A program made the translations under genes and the position numbers. From positions 1 to 64,000 of IMG/VR virus record IMGVR_UViG_3300027857_000016: 64,000 nucleotides of DNA; one strand, written 5' to 3'. Below, one piece after another: positions 8,815 through 18,460 of the stretch. The notes beneath the pieces were generated by a model. The model was not told the DNA's origin. It did not search any database and saw only the letters and a program-made list of their open reading frames with translations. The DNA is from a virus. Within the stretch, counting starts at the first letter, position 1. Each line of letters begins with the position of its first letter.

Positions 8815-10152
8815 ATGACACTATCATCGGTTAGTACATCTTTAGCATTTCATGAAGTTGCTAATCTTTTTCCTCTTATTGAAGGTCAGGAGTTCGATGA
8901 TCTTGTAAAAGACATCACGGAGAATGGTCTCAAACAACCCATATGGGTCTATCAGAACAAAATTATTGATGGACGCAATCGTTATAGGGCCTGCAACATG
9001 GCTGGCGTGGAACCTCGTTTTCAAGAATGGGACGAACAAGGATCGCTGGTGGCTTTTGTTATTAGTCTGAATGTCAAGCGCAGGCACCTCACGAGTAGTC
9101 AATTAGGCGTCATTGCATTGGGGGTTGAGCGCCAATTGGCTGAAGAGGCAACGGTAAGACATGCATTAAATGGAGGCGATAAAGTAAGTGCATTTGCTCC
9201 AGCGGCGGGTCAAAATTTTGACCCGAAGACCTCTGCTAAGTCTGCTCACCTTGCTGCAGATCTTCTAGGAACTAACCACGATTATGTGAGTGCAGCTAAA
9301 CGAATAGAGAGAGAGGCACCTGAACTTCTTTCCCATATCACCGAAGGGACTCTCACCATTCCTGACGCTAGGGCGATTGCTTCTCTCCCTCAAGAGCGGA
9401 GAACAAAGGTGGTGACGAAAGCCGTCCAGAAGAGGGAAGAGGAAGGGAAAAGGGTCAGTCGTGCTGTCAAGGATGCCATCTCTGAAGAAGAGGTCGAGAT
9501 CAGGAAAATACGGATGGAAGAGGAGGCAAAACAGGTCATTCTCCCTCAGTCTCTCCGATTATTGCATACCGACTTTCGTTCTTCCGGTCATGGAACCGTC
9601 TCCGATGCTTCTGTTGACCTGCTCTTTACTGACCCTCCCTATCATGGAGAACATCTCCACCTCTGGTCTGACCTTGCCTCTTTTGCTGCACGTGTCCTCA
9701 AGCCAGGTGGTGTCCTGCTAGCGTATAGCGGGCAGGTTTTCTTACCTGACGTTCTTAATCGCCTCATGGAACACCTTGATTATTGCTGGTTGCTCGGTAT
9801 TCAGCATACAGGTGGACATATTCAGATATGGAAACATACCCTCTGGAATGATTGGAAGCCTCTTGTGATGTTCAGTAAAGGGATTCCCACCAATCATGAA
9901 TGGTTTATGGACCTCTACCGAGGGGACAAAGGAGACAAGGATGCACACGAATGGTCGCAGGGTGAGGGTGAAGCTGCCTATTTTATTGAGAAATTGACGA
10001 AACCTGGACAGTTCGTGCTTGATCCCATGTGCGGATCAGGCACCATTTTACGTGCTGCTCAGAAACTAGGGAGGCATTCTCTCGGAATGGAAGTAGACGA
10101 GGATCGGTACACCGTGGCGTTGGCCAGCATGAAAGAGATGATGAGTGCTTAA
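8815..10152 (+). CDS. ParB-like N-terminal domain fused to an amino (N4-C/N6-A) DNA methyltransferase
   Basis: ANLFP...GLKQPI..IIDGRNRYRAC (ParB/Srx); catalytic DPPY before SAM motif VLDPMCGSGT (beta-class order). Confidence 0.9.
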   Translation: MTLSSVSTSLAFHEVANLFPLIEGQEFDDLVKDITENGLKQPIWVYQNKIIDGRNRYRACNMAGVEPRFQEWDEQGSLVAFVISLNVKRRHLTSSQLGVIALGVERQLAEEATVRHALNGGDKVSAFAPAAGQNFDPKTSAKSAHLAADLLGTNHDYVSAAKRIEREAPELLSHITEGTLTIPDARAIASLPQERRTKVVTKAVQKREEEGKRVSRAVKDAISEEEVEIRKIRMEEEAKQVILPQSLRLLHTDFRSSGHGTVSDASVDLLFTDPPYHGEHLHLWSDLASFAARVLKPGGVLLAYSGQVFLPDVLNRLMEHLDYCWLLGIQHTGGHIQIWKHTLWNDWKPLVMFSKGIPTNHEWFMDLYRGDKGDKDAHEWSQGEGEAAYFIEKLTKPGQFVLDPMCGSGTILRAAQKLGRHSLGMEVDEDRYTVALASMKEMMSA

Positions 10153-10153
10153 T

Positions 10154-10747
10154 ATGGCTGGAACAACCCCTCGCCGTGACGGTGGTGATACTCCTGGTGG
10201 TGATTGGATACGCAGACAACCAGAACTCAGCTCAAATCGTGGCTATGACCTGGAAGATATCGACTATGTTCACACGCGCATGTACTATTGGCACCAATAT
10301 TTACATGGTGAACTGATGATTATCGAGGAGAAGCAGTTCAATAGGGATGCAACCAAGGCGCAGAAGGATACCTTTGGGATTGTGAATCAGGCATTGACGA
10401 ATTCCTTTGCCGATCCTAAGTTTCGGGTCAAGCGGAAGTTTCCAGGACGGACGAATACCTATACCTACTTCGGCTATCACCTTGTCCAATACGAAAAGAC
10501 TTCACCTCTTGATGGCGAGATTCGTATCGATTATACAGTAGTCACACCACAGGAGTACTTGTTGTTCCTTCAGTTTGATAGGGCCTTCCTGGCAGAGCGA
10601 CTTCACTTTGACCCATTGACGGTCCCTATCCATGAACAATTTCATCTGGACCGTTTAAAACGCAAGTCACGCAAAAGCGTCTATCCTGTCGTCCCTACCC
10701 TGTTTGACCCAACACACCAGCAGTCTCTCTGGGAGCTACCAGGATAA
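10154..10747 (+). CDS. Hypothetical protein, possible PD-(D/E)xK nuclease fold
   Basis: DIDY...MIIEEKQ spacing resembles PD-(D/E)xK; directly after the methyltransferase. Confidence 0.5.
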   Translation: MAGTTPRRDGGDTPGGDWIRRQPELSSNRGYDLEDIDYVHTRMYYWHQYLHGELMIIEEKQFNRDATKAQKDTFGIVNQALTNSFADPKFRVKRKFPGRTNTYTYFGYHLVQYEKTSPLDGEIRIDYTVVTPQEYLLFLQFDRAFLAERLHFDPLTVPIHEQFHLDRLKRKSRKSVYPVVPTLFDPTHQQSLWELPG

Positions 10748-10848
10748 CCGCAGTGGGAGTCGTGACCGCTTCTCTCACCTTCCCACGACTCCCACCTCTT
10801 CCCTCGCCTCCACATACCCCCTCGCCTGGTCCTGCCCACTGTCTCTTT

Positions 10849-11298
10849 TCATGTTGGATTTTTGCCATATCTCTTTGTATAAATCTCTGCTATATGGGTG
10901 AGAGTTTGACCGCATACAAAAATGGCAATAATGATACAAAGGGCAGAAATAAGTCCTGCAATCCAAGAACTATTTGTCACGATTGCCCCTATGCCAATAA
11001 TTGCCGTTATGAGTCCAGCATACTGGAGAAATAGAAATGTTTTGCCTTTTGCTTGAGGGTCAACTTTATATGCTTGTATCTCGTACATAATAAGCGTGTA
11101 GCCTCCCAGACAAGGAAGGGCTATGGCAAATGAGGCGAGGGAAATGAACTGCCATATTGTAAGGTTACTCATTCCCAGTAGTGTTGGTAAAGTGATAATA
11201 ATAAGCGAGGAGAGTATCCCACTTATTTTTGCTGGTAATTCCAGCATAATCTCTCCTGGTTGTTTCTGTTCCATAGTTTCCTTTTCAATCGTTTTCAC
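10849..11298 (-). CDS. Four-TM membrane protein (AT-rich gene)
   Basis: Four hydrophobic segments; GAGG RBS. Confidence 0.7.
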   Translation of the reverse strand: MKTIEKETMEQKQPGEIMLELPAKISGILSSLIIITLPTLLGMSNLTIWQFISLASFAIALPCLGGYTLIMYEIQAYKVDPQAKGKTFLFLQYAGLITAIIGIGAIVTNSSWIAGLISALCIIIAIFVCGQTLTHIAEIYTKRYGKNPT

Positions 11299-11312
11299 TT
11301 CTTTGTCCTCTT

Positions 11313-12071
11313 CTATTGATATGACTCACACCACAATTTTGCAGCAGGGATCACCATACCCTTTGACTTCCAGGGTTTACGGGTTACTGATGCTAACGAA
11401 GTGATATCAACTTCCTTGAAGAAATACGGTGTTCTATATCTTTTAGCGTAGCGATGGTACCCGCCAGCATAACACGCTTCTCCATCGCTGTCATACCAGG
11501 ATGACTCTTCTACATATATTCTGTGCTCATCAAAGCGCACTGGCTGTAATGTTTCACCTTCTACCCAATAATACATCTTTCCAAAGTACATAGCGTGCAA
11601 GTACTTCTCCCATTGCAGAGGGCTGTACTTCTTGGTGTTATATTCCAGCGTCAAGGGACACGGTGAAGTCCATAAGAGAGCGATCCCCTTGTTCGTATAG
11701 GCTCGCGTCCTTCTCTCAATGGTATCTAATGATAAAGTGCTCACCTGTACCTCAATGGCAATAGGAATGTTTCTCAGATAAAAGCTAATATCTGGACGGA
11801 CATCACCTAAAGGTCGCTCTAGTTGCAATTTGGTGATATCAGGATGATGCTGTAACGTCTCATAGATGCCTTGCTTTGCCTCTCTGTGCTTTTCACTTTC
11901 CCCTTCACCATAAACACAATTCGACGGAGGGATGTGGGAGAAATGGTGGATCTTTACTCTCCCCTTCTTGACCAATACACCGCTTTTACACATAGGACAG
12001 GTAAACGGACTATCTTCTTTTATTACTTGGGACGCTAGAACGTCACCGCCTTGGTTGCGAGCACTTAACAT
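11313..12071 (-). CDS. CoiA-family PD-(D/E)xK nuclease-like protein
   Basis: FTCPMC...HHFSH...GESEKH...RPDI...AIEVQVS. Confidence 0.85.
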   Translation of the reverse strand: MLSARNQGGDVLASQVIKEDSPFTCPMCKSGVLVKKGRVKIHHFSHIPPSNCVYGEGESEKHREAKQGIYETLQHHPDITKLQLERPLGDVRPDISFYLRNIPIAIEVQVSTLSLDTIERRTRAYTNKGIALLWTSPCPLTLEYNTKKYSPLQWEKYLHAMYFGKMYYWVEGETLQPVRFDEHRIYVEESSWYDSDGEACYAGGYHRYAKRYRTPYFFKEVDITSLASVTRKPWKSKGMVIPAAKLWCESYQ

Positions 12072-12178
12072 AAGGTACTGTCCTTCTACATCAGTATATG
12101 CCACTATGACGACGCCTATCATACATCATTCGCACTGCGAAGAGAACTCGCTATCCCACAGTTACCATCACTGCCTGC

Positions 12179-13549
12179 TCAACTGCCTTGTGCCATCTCA
12201 ACCACCCCTAACTCCTCCCTCAGTAGGTTAAGATAACAACGAGCAGGATCAAGCCCGCTGCCCTTTTTAATGCGCACGTAGAACAGGCTCTTGTAGAGCG
12301 TATCCGCATCTCTCCCAGCCTGCTCATAGATCCCACACAACTCTCGCTCAATCGCCTCATCACTCATGCTGGTATTCCACTTCGCTCTAAATTGCATCAC
12401 CTGCTCAACGATCATCTCAAACGTCACTGGCGGTCCTTCTGCATCGGCAGGATATTGACTTTCAGTTGCTATAGGCTTCATTGTTCTATATGCAGTCATC
12501 TCTCTGGGTGAGTTGCCCTGAGCCTGCTGTGCGTTGAACCTGGCACTAGCCATCCGTGTTGCATAGTGTTTGCAATAGGCTTTGAGTGTCAACTTCTTTG
12601 GGTCTCTCCACCAATAGGTGCCATTCTTCTCGCGCTCATTCCAGAAGTCGGTAAACGCCAGCCTCATCGCTTCTGATGAAGTATCCTGCTCATCAAGCAG
12701 TTGTACGATGGTGGCGTACAACTCGCTATCAACCTCAACCTTGTGTGTGCTTAGTTTGGGATTGGCAAACATTTCTCGCGTCAACTTCTCAAAGCCTGAG
12801 CAGAATGCTTCTACCTGCTCTAGTTGGTCTTCTTTGGCTGGCTCCGGGTTCCCTCCCTTCTCGGAAATAGTCTTTTCTTGAAGAAGTGGAGGAGAGATCT
12901 GTCTTGCAGTCTCTTTTCGTTTTTGATTGGCGCTCTCCTCCTCTTTTTTAGATGGTTCTATGTCATGATTCTTAGGGGATTCTATGTTGCGTTTACTTGA
13001 GGATGGTACGCGTCCCTCTGTAAACGCTACCGATTGATTTGTAATCGGATAGCGTTTACTTGTAAACTGGTCAGATTGATTTGTATATGGGTCTGTTTGT
13101 GAGTGCTTCATATCTACTTGGGGATGCTTTTGATGGGGTTCTCGCTCAGGGAGGAGCTTTATTCTGCGGTTGAGTTCCTGGTAATTCAGTCGATACTTAA
13201 AGGAGTCTCTACCATACATTTTGTACGGTTCTTTGGAAATAAGTCCCTCACCTATCAGCTCGTCAAGACTATCTATGATGACGTTGCGTCCAAACATTCC
13301 ATACATGGCATTGATCCACTGGGGATAACTCATGAAGATAGCTAGATCCTCACCCCTGCCACGCTTGTCATTCGTCCAGCTTTCGAGGATAGCAAGAATA
13401 AATGCTTTGCAGTAGGCAGATGCCTTATTCTTTGACTTGCCTGCTGGTACTTTTTTGTACGTACAGTTGCAACAAATAATGAGATACTCTTCTCGAAATT
13501 CAACGTAGAAGTAGCTGCCACGATGCTCTACAATGCTATTATTACTCAC
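12179..13549 (-). CDS. Putative replication initiator (lambda O-like architecture)
   Basis: N-terminal wHTH-like region (IIDSLDELIGEGLI..YRLNY), repeat-containing linker, C-terminal helical domains. Confidence 0.65.
   Translation of the reverse strand: MSNNSIVEHRGSYFYVEFREEYLIICCNCTYKKVPAGKSKNKASAYCKAFILAILESWTNDKRGRGEDLAIFMSYPQWINAMYGMFGRNVIIDSLDELIGEGLISKEPYKMYGRDSFKYRLNYQELNRRIKLLPEREPHQKHPQVDMKHSQTDPYTNQSDQFTSKRYPITNQSVAFTEGRVPSSSKRNIESPKNHDIEPSKKEEESANQKRKETARQISPPLLQEKTISEKGGNPEPAKEDQLEQVEAFCSGFEKLTREMFANPKLSTHKVEVDSELYATIVQLLDEQDTSSEAMRLAFTDFWNEREKNGTYWWRDPKKLTLKAYCKHYATRMASARFNAQQAQGNSPREMTAYRTMKPIATESQYPADAEGPPVTFEMIVEQVMQFRAKWNTSMSDEAIERELCGIYEQAGRDADTLYKSLFYVRIKKGSGLDPARCYLNLLREELGVVEMAQGS
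12989..13093. repeat. Five degenerate 21-bp tandem repeats (iteron-like origin)
   Basis: Units start at 12989, 13010, 13031, 13052, 13073; GCGTTTACTTG x2 and GATTGATTTGTA x2. Confidence 0.7.
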
Positions 13550-13589
13550 TTACTCACCTCGTCATATATCGATAAAAGTGAGAATACTC

Positions 13590-13697
13590 TTGACGATAGG
13601 TAAGTGGGTATGCTACTCTGCTGGTAGCATACTTCAACCTTTTAAGAGGGCTGGTTCCTATCCGTCGAAAGTTGGGAATCAGCTTTCTCGCTTTTAT
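13590..13697 (+). ncRNA. Putative antisense RNA over the rep leader
   Basis: TTGACG-18-TACTCT promoter, then stem GCTGGTTCC...GGAATCAGC with a GAAA loop and T-rich end; antisense to the rep 5' region. Confidence 0.5.
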
Positions 13698-13843
13698 ACA
13701 CTTCTTCTAACTTCAACAAAAAACGCGCAGGGTTGCTCCATCCTTCCCGGCTTTCCAACCCATATCGATGCAACTCTACGCGTTTGTTCATACTGCGAAT
13801 TGTTCTCCTCATCATACGGAGATTCCACTCCGCTGTCTAGTGG

Positions 13844-14191
13844 TTATGCCAGTATGCTCTCCTGTTGCTCTAAGTCGTGAATGTGGGAACAGTATCCACA
13901 GACCTTCGCCTCGTAGCATGAGCACCTATACTGCTGCTCTTTGTTTGACCACATTTGAATGTAGCTCCACCCTGGAAACTTCTGCGCAGTTGCCAAGTGG
14001 ACCATAACACTTCCCTGCAGGCGGATCTCTACATTGCGGATATGTTCTCCAGTAAGCGCGTAGAAATAGGCTGCAGGAAGGATAACGCCATATGGGAATG
14101 GCAACGAGATGCTATTCCCAGTAAGGATCTGGTGATGGACCAGCAGAACTCGTTGCGAGCTAACTGGGACCCGACCAAGAAAGGTATCCAT
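13844..14191 (-). CDS. Hypothetical protein with Cys cluster (SWIM-like)
   Basis: YRCSC...CGYCSH; GGAGG RBS. Confidence 0.55.
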   Translation of the reverse strand: MDTFLGRVPVSSQRVLLVHHQILTGNSISLPFPYGVILPAAYFYALTGEHIRNVEIRLQGSVMVHLATAQKFPGWSYIQMWSNKEQQYRCSCYEAKVCGYCSHIHDLEQQESILA

Positions 14192-14200
14192 ATCTCCTCC

Positions 14201-14419
14201 CTAGAATCCGTCAGGTGAGAACTCATCAACATACGTGGCGCGTTGATGTGCTTCTTGCTCAAGTGGTGTGAGCGCATTCCATGAGAGCATGAGGAATATG
14301 CCATTGCGATAGGTAGGGAACAGCAGCGAGTCCTCAATGTGCTGTTGGAGGTCTCTGTCAATAATGCGCTCAAGGGAGGTCGTTTGGTTGGCTGGTAGTT
14401 GCGTGGTTGAAATGGACAT
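14201..14419 (-). CDS. Hypothetical protein
   Basis: AAGGA RBS; first gene after the leftward promoter. Confidence 0.55.
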   Translation of the reverse strand: MSISTTQLPANQTTSLERIIDRDLQQHIEDSLLFPTYRNGIFLMLSWNALTPLEQEAHQRATYVDEFSPDGF

Positions 14420-14524
14420 GGTAGAATCCTTTCGAGGTGTTGCCTCTGGCCTAGTAAACGAGGGGCTTCACCAAATGCTAGAGCGCTTGTCTTCAAAGGC
14501 AGGCGCTTTCTTTTACCTGCCTAT

Positions 14525-14597
14525 ATTATACTCTAAGTTGTCATGAGTTGTCAATGTTAGGTCTATGTTTGACAAAACTTATAATAACTCTGTATAA
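14525..14597. promoter_or_regulatory. Divergent TTGACA/TATAAT promoter pair
   Basis: Consensus -35/-10 boxes on both strands; AGTTGTCA direct repeat. Confidence 0.7.
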
Positions 14598-14641
14598 TGT
14601 GTCTAATGGCTAACACTAAACTGTCACCACGGGAGGGATAC

Positions 14642-14848
14642 ATGAAGAGAGAGTTTCTCAATATTAAGCAGGTACAAGAACTTCTTGGTATTAGTGAACG
14701 TACGGCGTTTCGCTATATCAGGGGTGGAGAGTTAAAAGGTTTCAAGGCTGGCCGCGAGTGGAGGTTTGAACCGTCTGATATTGATGCGTTTATTCAAAAG
14801 CGGCGTGAGCAGGCTGAAGCAGATTTGAAGGACAAGAATGTGGCGTAG
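14642..14848 (+). CDS. Excisionase-like HTH_17 DNA-binding protein
   Basis: FLNIKQVQELLGISERTAFRYIRGGELKGFKAGREWRF. Confidence 0.85.
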   Translation: MKREFLNIKQVQELLGISERTAFRYIRGGELKGFKAGREWRFEPSDIDAFIQKRREQAEADLKDKNVA

Positions 14849-14980
14849 CCCCGCGTGCGTCTCAGTGCATCCCGACAACGCAAGGAAGACGCACGCGACA
14901 AAGCTCTCTCTACAGTATACCGAATAATAGAATTGTACACAAGAAGGGATAGACTTGGTACCCTAAAGGAGAGAGGGAGC

Positions 14981-15229
14981 ATGAAAGCTGTACTGAGAAA
15001 AGAGGACACGCCAAGAGGGAGATGGAGTCTGATGGGAGGCAAGATCAAAATGAGTGCCTTCAATTTCACTCCTGATGCTTTTGAACAAGAGCGAATACAG
15101 AAAGCTACGCGGGGCGATTGGGATGCCATGATCGATCTCGCCTATCGAGATATCCTCTATGATGCGTTGAGAGAGGCGTGGGTACGCGTACCTGAAGAGG
15201 ACTTTGATCGGAGGCGTAGTGGAGTATGA
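14981..15229 (+). CDS. Hypothetical protein
   Basis: GGAG RBS before MKAVLR. Confidence 0.55.
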   Translation: MKAVLRKEDTPRGRWSLMGGKIKMSAFNFTPDAFEQERIQKATRGDWDAMIDLAYRDILYDALREAWVRVPEEDFDRRRSGV

Positions 15230-15489
15230 GTGGGTCAGATTCGCACATTGGAGATAATATTCTGGCGTGGTTTTATCCGAACAAAGAAAGCGTGTATCGT
15301 ATGGACCTGCGAACAGAGGACGGATGGACTGAGGGAGTGCCATTGACCATGAGCAGGAAACTCGCCTTTGCCACATTCGACTTCTTAACACAGACCTGGG
15401 TACAAGAAGTCGTGATGTATCGGGATGACAAAGAAATCAAACGACACGAGCAGGCAAAGGAGGAAATACATGCAAGTGACAATAGTTGA
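15226..15489 (+). CDS. Hypothetical protein
   Basis: ATGA overlap; RBS. Confidence 0.6.
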   Translation: MSGSDSHIGDNILAWFYPNKESVYRMDLRTEDGWTEGVPLTMSRKLAFATFDFLTQTWVQEVVMYRDDKEIKRHEQAKEEIHASDNS

Positions 15490-15763
15490 CCATTTGTCAG
15501 GATGGAGTGACCCATCTGAAATTATGGTGATGGATATGGAGGTCATCCCACGTGAGGGCGAGTATATTCGTCTCACGCTCGGAGAGATACTCGCCTTTCT
15601 CAAGGTGCGATCTGTTGAGTGGCACTTGGACACGCGGGATTATGTGACTTGTGGTGAGCACCGTCACGAGATAGTACTTCGAGTTGCTGGTGCGGATCAG
15701 ACAACCAGTGACTATCTCCAGAACGCGTTGAGAGAGAAGATGAAGCAGAATGAGCAATCGTGA
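15470..15763 (+). CDS. Hypothetical protein
   Basis: AGGAGG RBS before MQVTIV. Confidence 0.6.
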   Translation: MQVTIVDHLSGWSDPSEIMVMDMEVIPREGEYIRLTLGEILAFLKVRSVEWHLDTRDYVTCGEHRHEIVLRVAGADQTTSDYLQNALREKMKQNEQS

Positions 15764-15995
15764 TACCCAGTTCAAGCAGTTCGCTGAGTTGTTGTTTGCT
15801 GAACTGTTGGCCGTTGATGATGGACGAATTGATGTGAGCACCTATAACTTTATGGACAATGAGATGATCAACACCTATCGCGCTATCATTGCTCAACGGG
15901 CTTATGACCTGGCATCCCACGTTGTGACGCAGACGACCCTCACCGCACATGGCGATATGGACAAGATACCAGATATGGGCAAGTGGCCCGAATAG
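15750..15995 (+). CDS. Hypothetical protein
   Basis: Overlapping ORF in the operon. Confidence 0.55.
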   Translation: MSNRDTQFKQFAELLFAELLAVDDGRIDVSTYNFMDNEMINTYRAIIAQRAYDLASHVVTQTTLTAHGDMDKIPDMGKWPE

Positions 15996-16006
15996 GAGGA
16001 ACAGAG

Positions 16007-16429
16007 ATGCAACAAGAACGCATAGACGCCATGTCTGCTCTCATGGTACAAGTCAGAAAAGCACAGCAGGATATTGGTGAAGTCCTGGTGGCCTCTCTTG
16101 CAGATGCCGCGAAAGAATTAGGCAGCGTTGAGGCTCTCGTTCATGGACGCCCTGGCTCCTGGGAAGCCGATATTGTTCGACGGATGGCGCTCGCTGGTCA
16201 CTACGTGAGAGTGACCAACCTGGACGAGAGCGTGGTCCGTGGACTGTCTGTCCTCTTCATCGAAATGGGAGAGGCGCGAGAAGACGGTGGTGATATCCTC
16301 TCTCAGGCAATGGGACAGGCAGTCAATGAGTTGGGTGGACTCAAGGAGTTTGCCGGAGACAGTCAGTGGTATTGGGATCTCGTCAATATCGGGTGCCAGT
16401 ATTCACGCTATCCGTTCCCAGTGAAGTAG
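16007..16429 (+). CDS. Hypothetical protein with internal duplication
   Basis: AGGAGG RBS; DIGEVL..AAKELG and DGGDIL..AVNELG repeats. Confidence 0.65.
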   Translation: MQQERIDAMSALMVQVRKAQQDIGEVLVASLADAAKELGSVEALVHGRPGSWEADIVRRMALAGHYVRVTNLDESVVRGLSVLFIEMGEAREDGGDILSQAMGQAVNELGGLKEFAGDSQWYWDLVNIGCQYSRYPFPVK

Positions 16430-16540
16430 CTCTAGATCCAATATGGTATACTCTCCCATGTGAGAGAATGCATGTCCCTGAAGGAAAGGGAGACAACGCC
16501 CACCAGTCTTGGTGGGCGTTGTTCGCTAGCTATGACTTGT

Positions 16541-16609
16541 AGGGGTAGAGCTATGTAAGGTGACACCCGCTACTTTGCGGCGGGTGTCACCTTACATAGC
16601 TCTACCCCT
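16541..16609. repeat. Perfect 30-bp inverted repeat with 9-nt spacer
   Basis: AGGGGTAGAGCTATGTAAGGTGACACCCGC and its exact reverse complement, between convergent genes; a second 13-bp stem hairpin lies at about 16494-16523. Confidence 0.9.
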
Positions 16610-16616
16610 TGTAATG

Positions 16617-17213
16617 CTAAATGGACGCGCTGCGAGGCATGATATGAAGTTCGTAGTCTGAATGGCATCGTATTCTGTTCACAGGTTTTTTTCTATCAGC
16701 ATACATGATCCATACTGAGTCTCCATTTTGTTTGACGTTTGTGACGAGTCCAACTGGGTCTAGACCCAGGTCTAAGTGATCGCCCTGGATGACCTGATTT
16801 GCATGTACTTTGAGTGGTTCTATGTAACTAACCGCTTCTAAAGAGAAGTTAATGGGAAGCAATATTTCCTGTTTTCGATGAGAAGTACCTCGTGCTTGAT
16901 TCGCCCTGTCTTTGGTGGCTTGCGATAGTGGCATATATTGGATATTTGTTAAGAGAATATTTTGCTGAGTATATGCATGAATGTAGTACCTTTCCCTTGT
17001 TTTTGCTTTCTCTTTGCCTTCTACAATCTCAATGATGTTCATTTTGGGCAGCAAATTTTCGGATTGGATCTCACTTATTCTTGTGCTTTTTACTTCATTT
17101 GTATCTTTTACTGTCAGGTGTTGCATCATTCTCCCATTGGGATGGTTTGTGATTCCAATGTAAAAGGTCTGGTCTGTTCGAGGGTCAATGAGTTCGTAGA
17201 CGAAATAGAGCAT
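16617..17213 (-). CDS. GIY-YIG nuclease
   Basis: FVYELIDP...FYIGIT..RMMQH...RERYYI...LLTN; own TTGATT-17-TATAGT promoter. Confidence 0.85.
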   Translation of the reverse strand: MLYFVYELIDPRTDQTFYIGITNHPNGRMMQHLTVKDTNEVKSTRISEIQSENLLPKMNIIEIVEGKEKAKTRERYYIHAYTQQNILLTNIQYMPLSQATKDRANQARGTSHRKQEILLPINFSLEAVSYIEPLKVHANQVIQGDHLDLGLDPVGLVTNVKQNGDSVWIMYADRKKPVNRIRCHSDYELHIMPRSASI

Positions 17214-17329
17214 ATTCCTCTCCTTGTGGGTAATGATATATAACAACGTGTTACATATCATTACTATACGTTATTTGGTTGGTAAAATCAAGTATTATTC
17301 AAAACTAATCGTTTGGCTTAAGCGATAAA

Positions 17330-17357
17330 AGACGCCTTCCCAACAGGGAAGGCGTCT
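17330..17357 (-). terminator. Intrinsic terminator
   Basis: AGACGCCTTCCC stem followed by TTTT on the minus strand, right after the stop at 17361. Confidence 0.8.
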
Positions 17358-17360
17358 GAT

Positions 17361-18242
17361 CTAATCTCCAGGATGTCGGTGTTGCTGCCAATTATTGAGG
17401 GATACCGCATATTCTGAATGTTTGAGGAACAACTCTCCGAGAGCACGTTGATATGCTTTCAGAAGTGGGACCGATGAGTTGAGAATATCAAGCCAGTACG
17501 TGTACCGCCTTCTGACAGGTTCTGCATATTGTCTCATGTGCATTCTCACGCTCAACAGAATACCACTTTTGGATTCGGTATAGGCGTAAAGGCGAGGTAT
17601 GATAATTCCCTGTTTGCCTAGTTGCTCTAACTCTTTGCTGACTCCACGTAACAGTATGCCTGTATGTCTACGTCGCAAAGATCGCTTGATACTAGGATCA
17701 CTACCAATGCTTACGATGATGCATCCAGTAGGTTTGCCTGGCTCCAGTTTCTGTACCATCTCTCCAGTGATATCTCTCCCACGAAATTCATTGCGCATAT
17801 AGGCTTCGATACGCTCATCAGTAAGTGCGACGATATGAAGGTAGGCTACTACATCACCATTGGATTTCCTGACTACGTAATGTCCCTTTGGCTCCTTCTC
17901 AAACCATTCTGTGCGTGTTGGTGTCTGGATAGGGCGAAGTGTTGCTGTCTTAAAAAGCTTCTCAGAGACAAGAGTTATTTTTTCGAGGTCACCAATAGTT
18001 GCTGGAGAGAATTGTACATCTGTCTCTTCGGTCAGTTTTCCCTTTTCTTCTCTCACCAACTTCTCTAATTCTTGAATTTTATAATATTTTTGTTTGCGAG
18101 ATTCCGGTCCATGTCGCAGCAAGCGTCCTTGCTTTACGTATTTATAGACCATACCCTCGCTTATATGAAGCCCATGATTGTCTAAAAATTGTATGGCATC
18201 CTTTAGGTTGAGATGTCCTTCAGGTGGTAGTGGTCGTGGCAT
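17361..18242 (-). CDS. MerR-like HTH fused to a GNAT-like domain (candidate repressor)
   Basis: N-terminal LNLKDAI...MVYKYVKQGRL..KYYK; C-terminal FSPATIGDL...VVAYL...SIG..P..RRR..G..L GNAT-like pattern; divergent from a small HTH gene. Confidence 0.65.
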   Translation of the reverse strand: MPRPLPPEGHLNLKDAIQFLDNHGLHISEGMVYKYVKQGRLLRHGPESRKQKYYKIQELEKLVREEKGKLTEETDVQFSPATIGDLEKITLVSEKLFKTATLRPIQTPTRTEWFEKEPKGHYVVRKSNGDVVAYLHIVALTDERIEAYMRNEFRGRDITGEMVQKLEPGKPTGCIIVSIGSDPSIKRSLRRRHTGILLRGVSKELEQLGKQGIIIPRLYAYTESKSGILLSVRMHMRQYAEPVRRRYTYWLDILNSSVPLLKAYQRALGELFLKHSEYAVSLNNWQQHRHPGD

Positions 18243-18460
18243 GCAGTGCTCTTATGCCTCCCCGTGCGTGTTTAGCTAAGTATACGGTATTCCCTACCAT
18301 TTTTACAATCCCTACAATAATTACTGGACAATATTCTCATGATAGCGATATTTCCCATTTTTGTCCGATAATCAAAATTTGGTTGTGAAAACACTTGACT
18401 TTAGCCAACCGATAGAGTAAACTAACAAATAAGAACACTAATGAACATTCGAGTTGTAGG

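Noticed and set aside
12989-13093. CRISPR array
   Set aside because: Units are contiguous, degenerate, in-frame within a gene and lack spacers. No CRISPR array or cas gene was seen in the window.
16541-16609. Protelomerase (telRL) site of a linear phage-plasmid
   Set aside because: The centre is a non-palindromic 9-nt spacer and no protelomerase or tyrosine recombinase is visible in the window.
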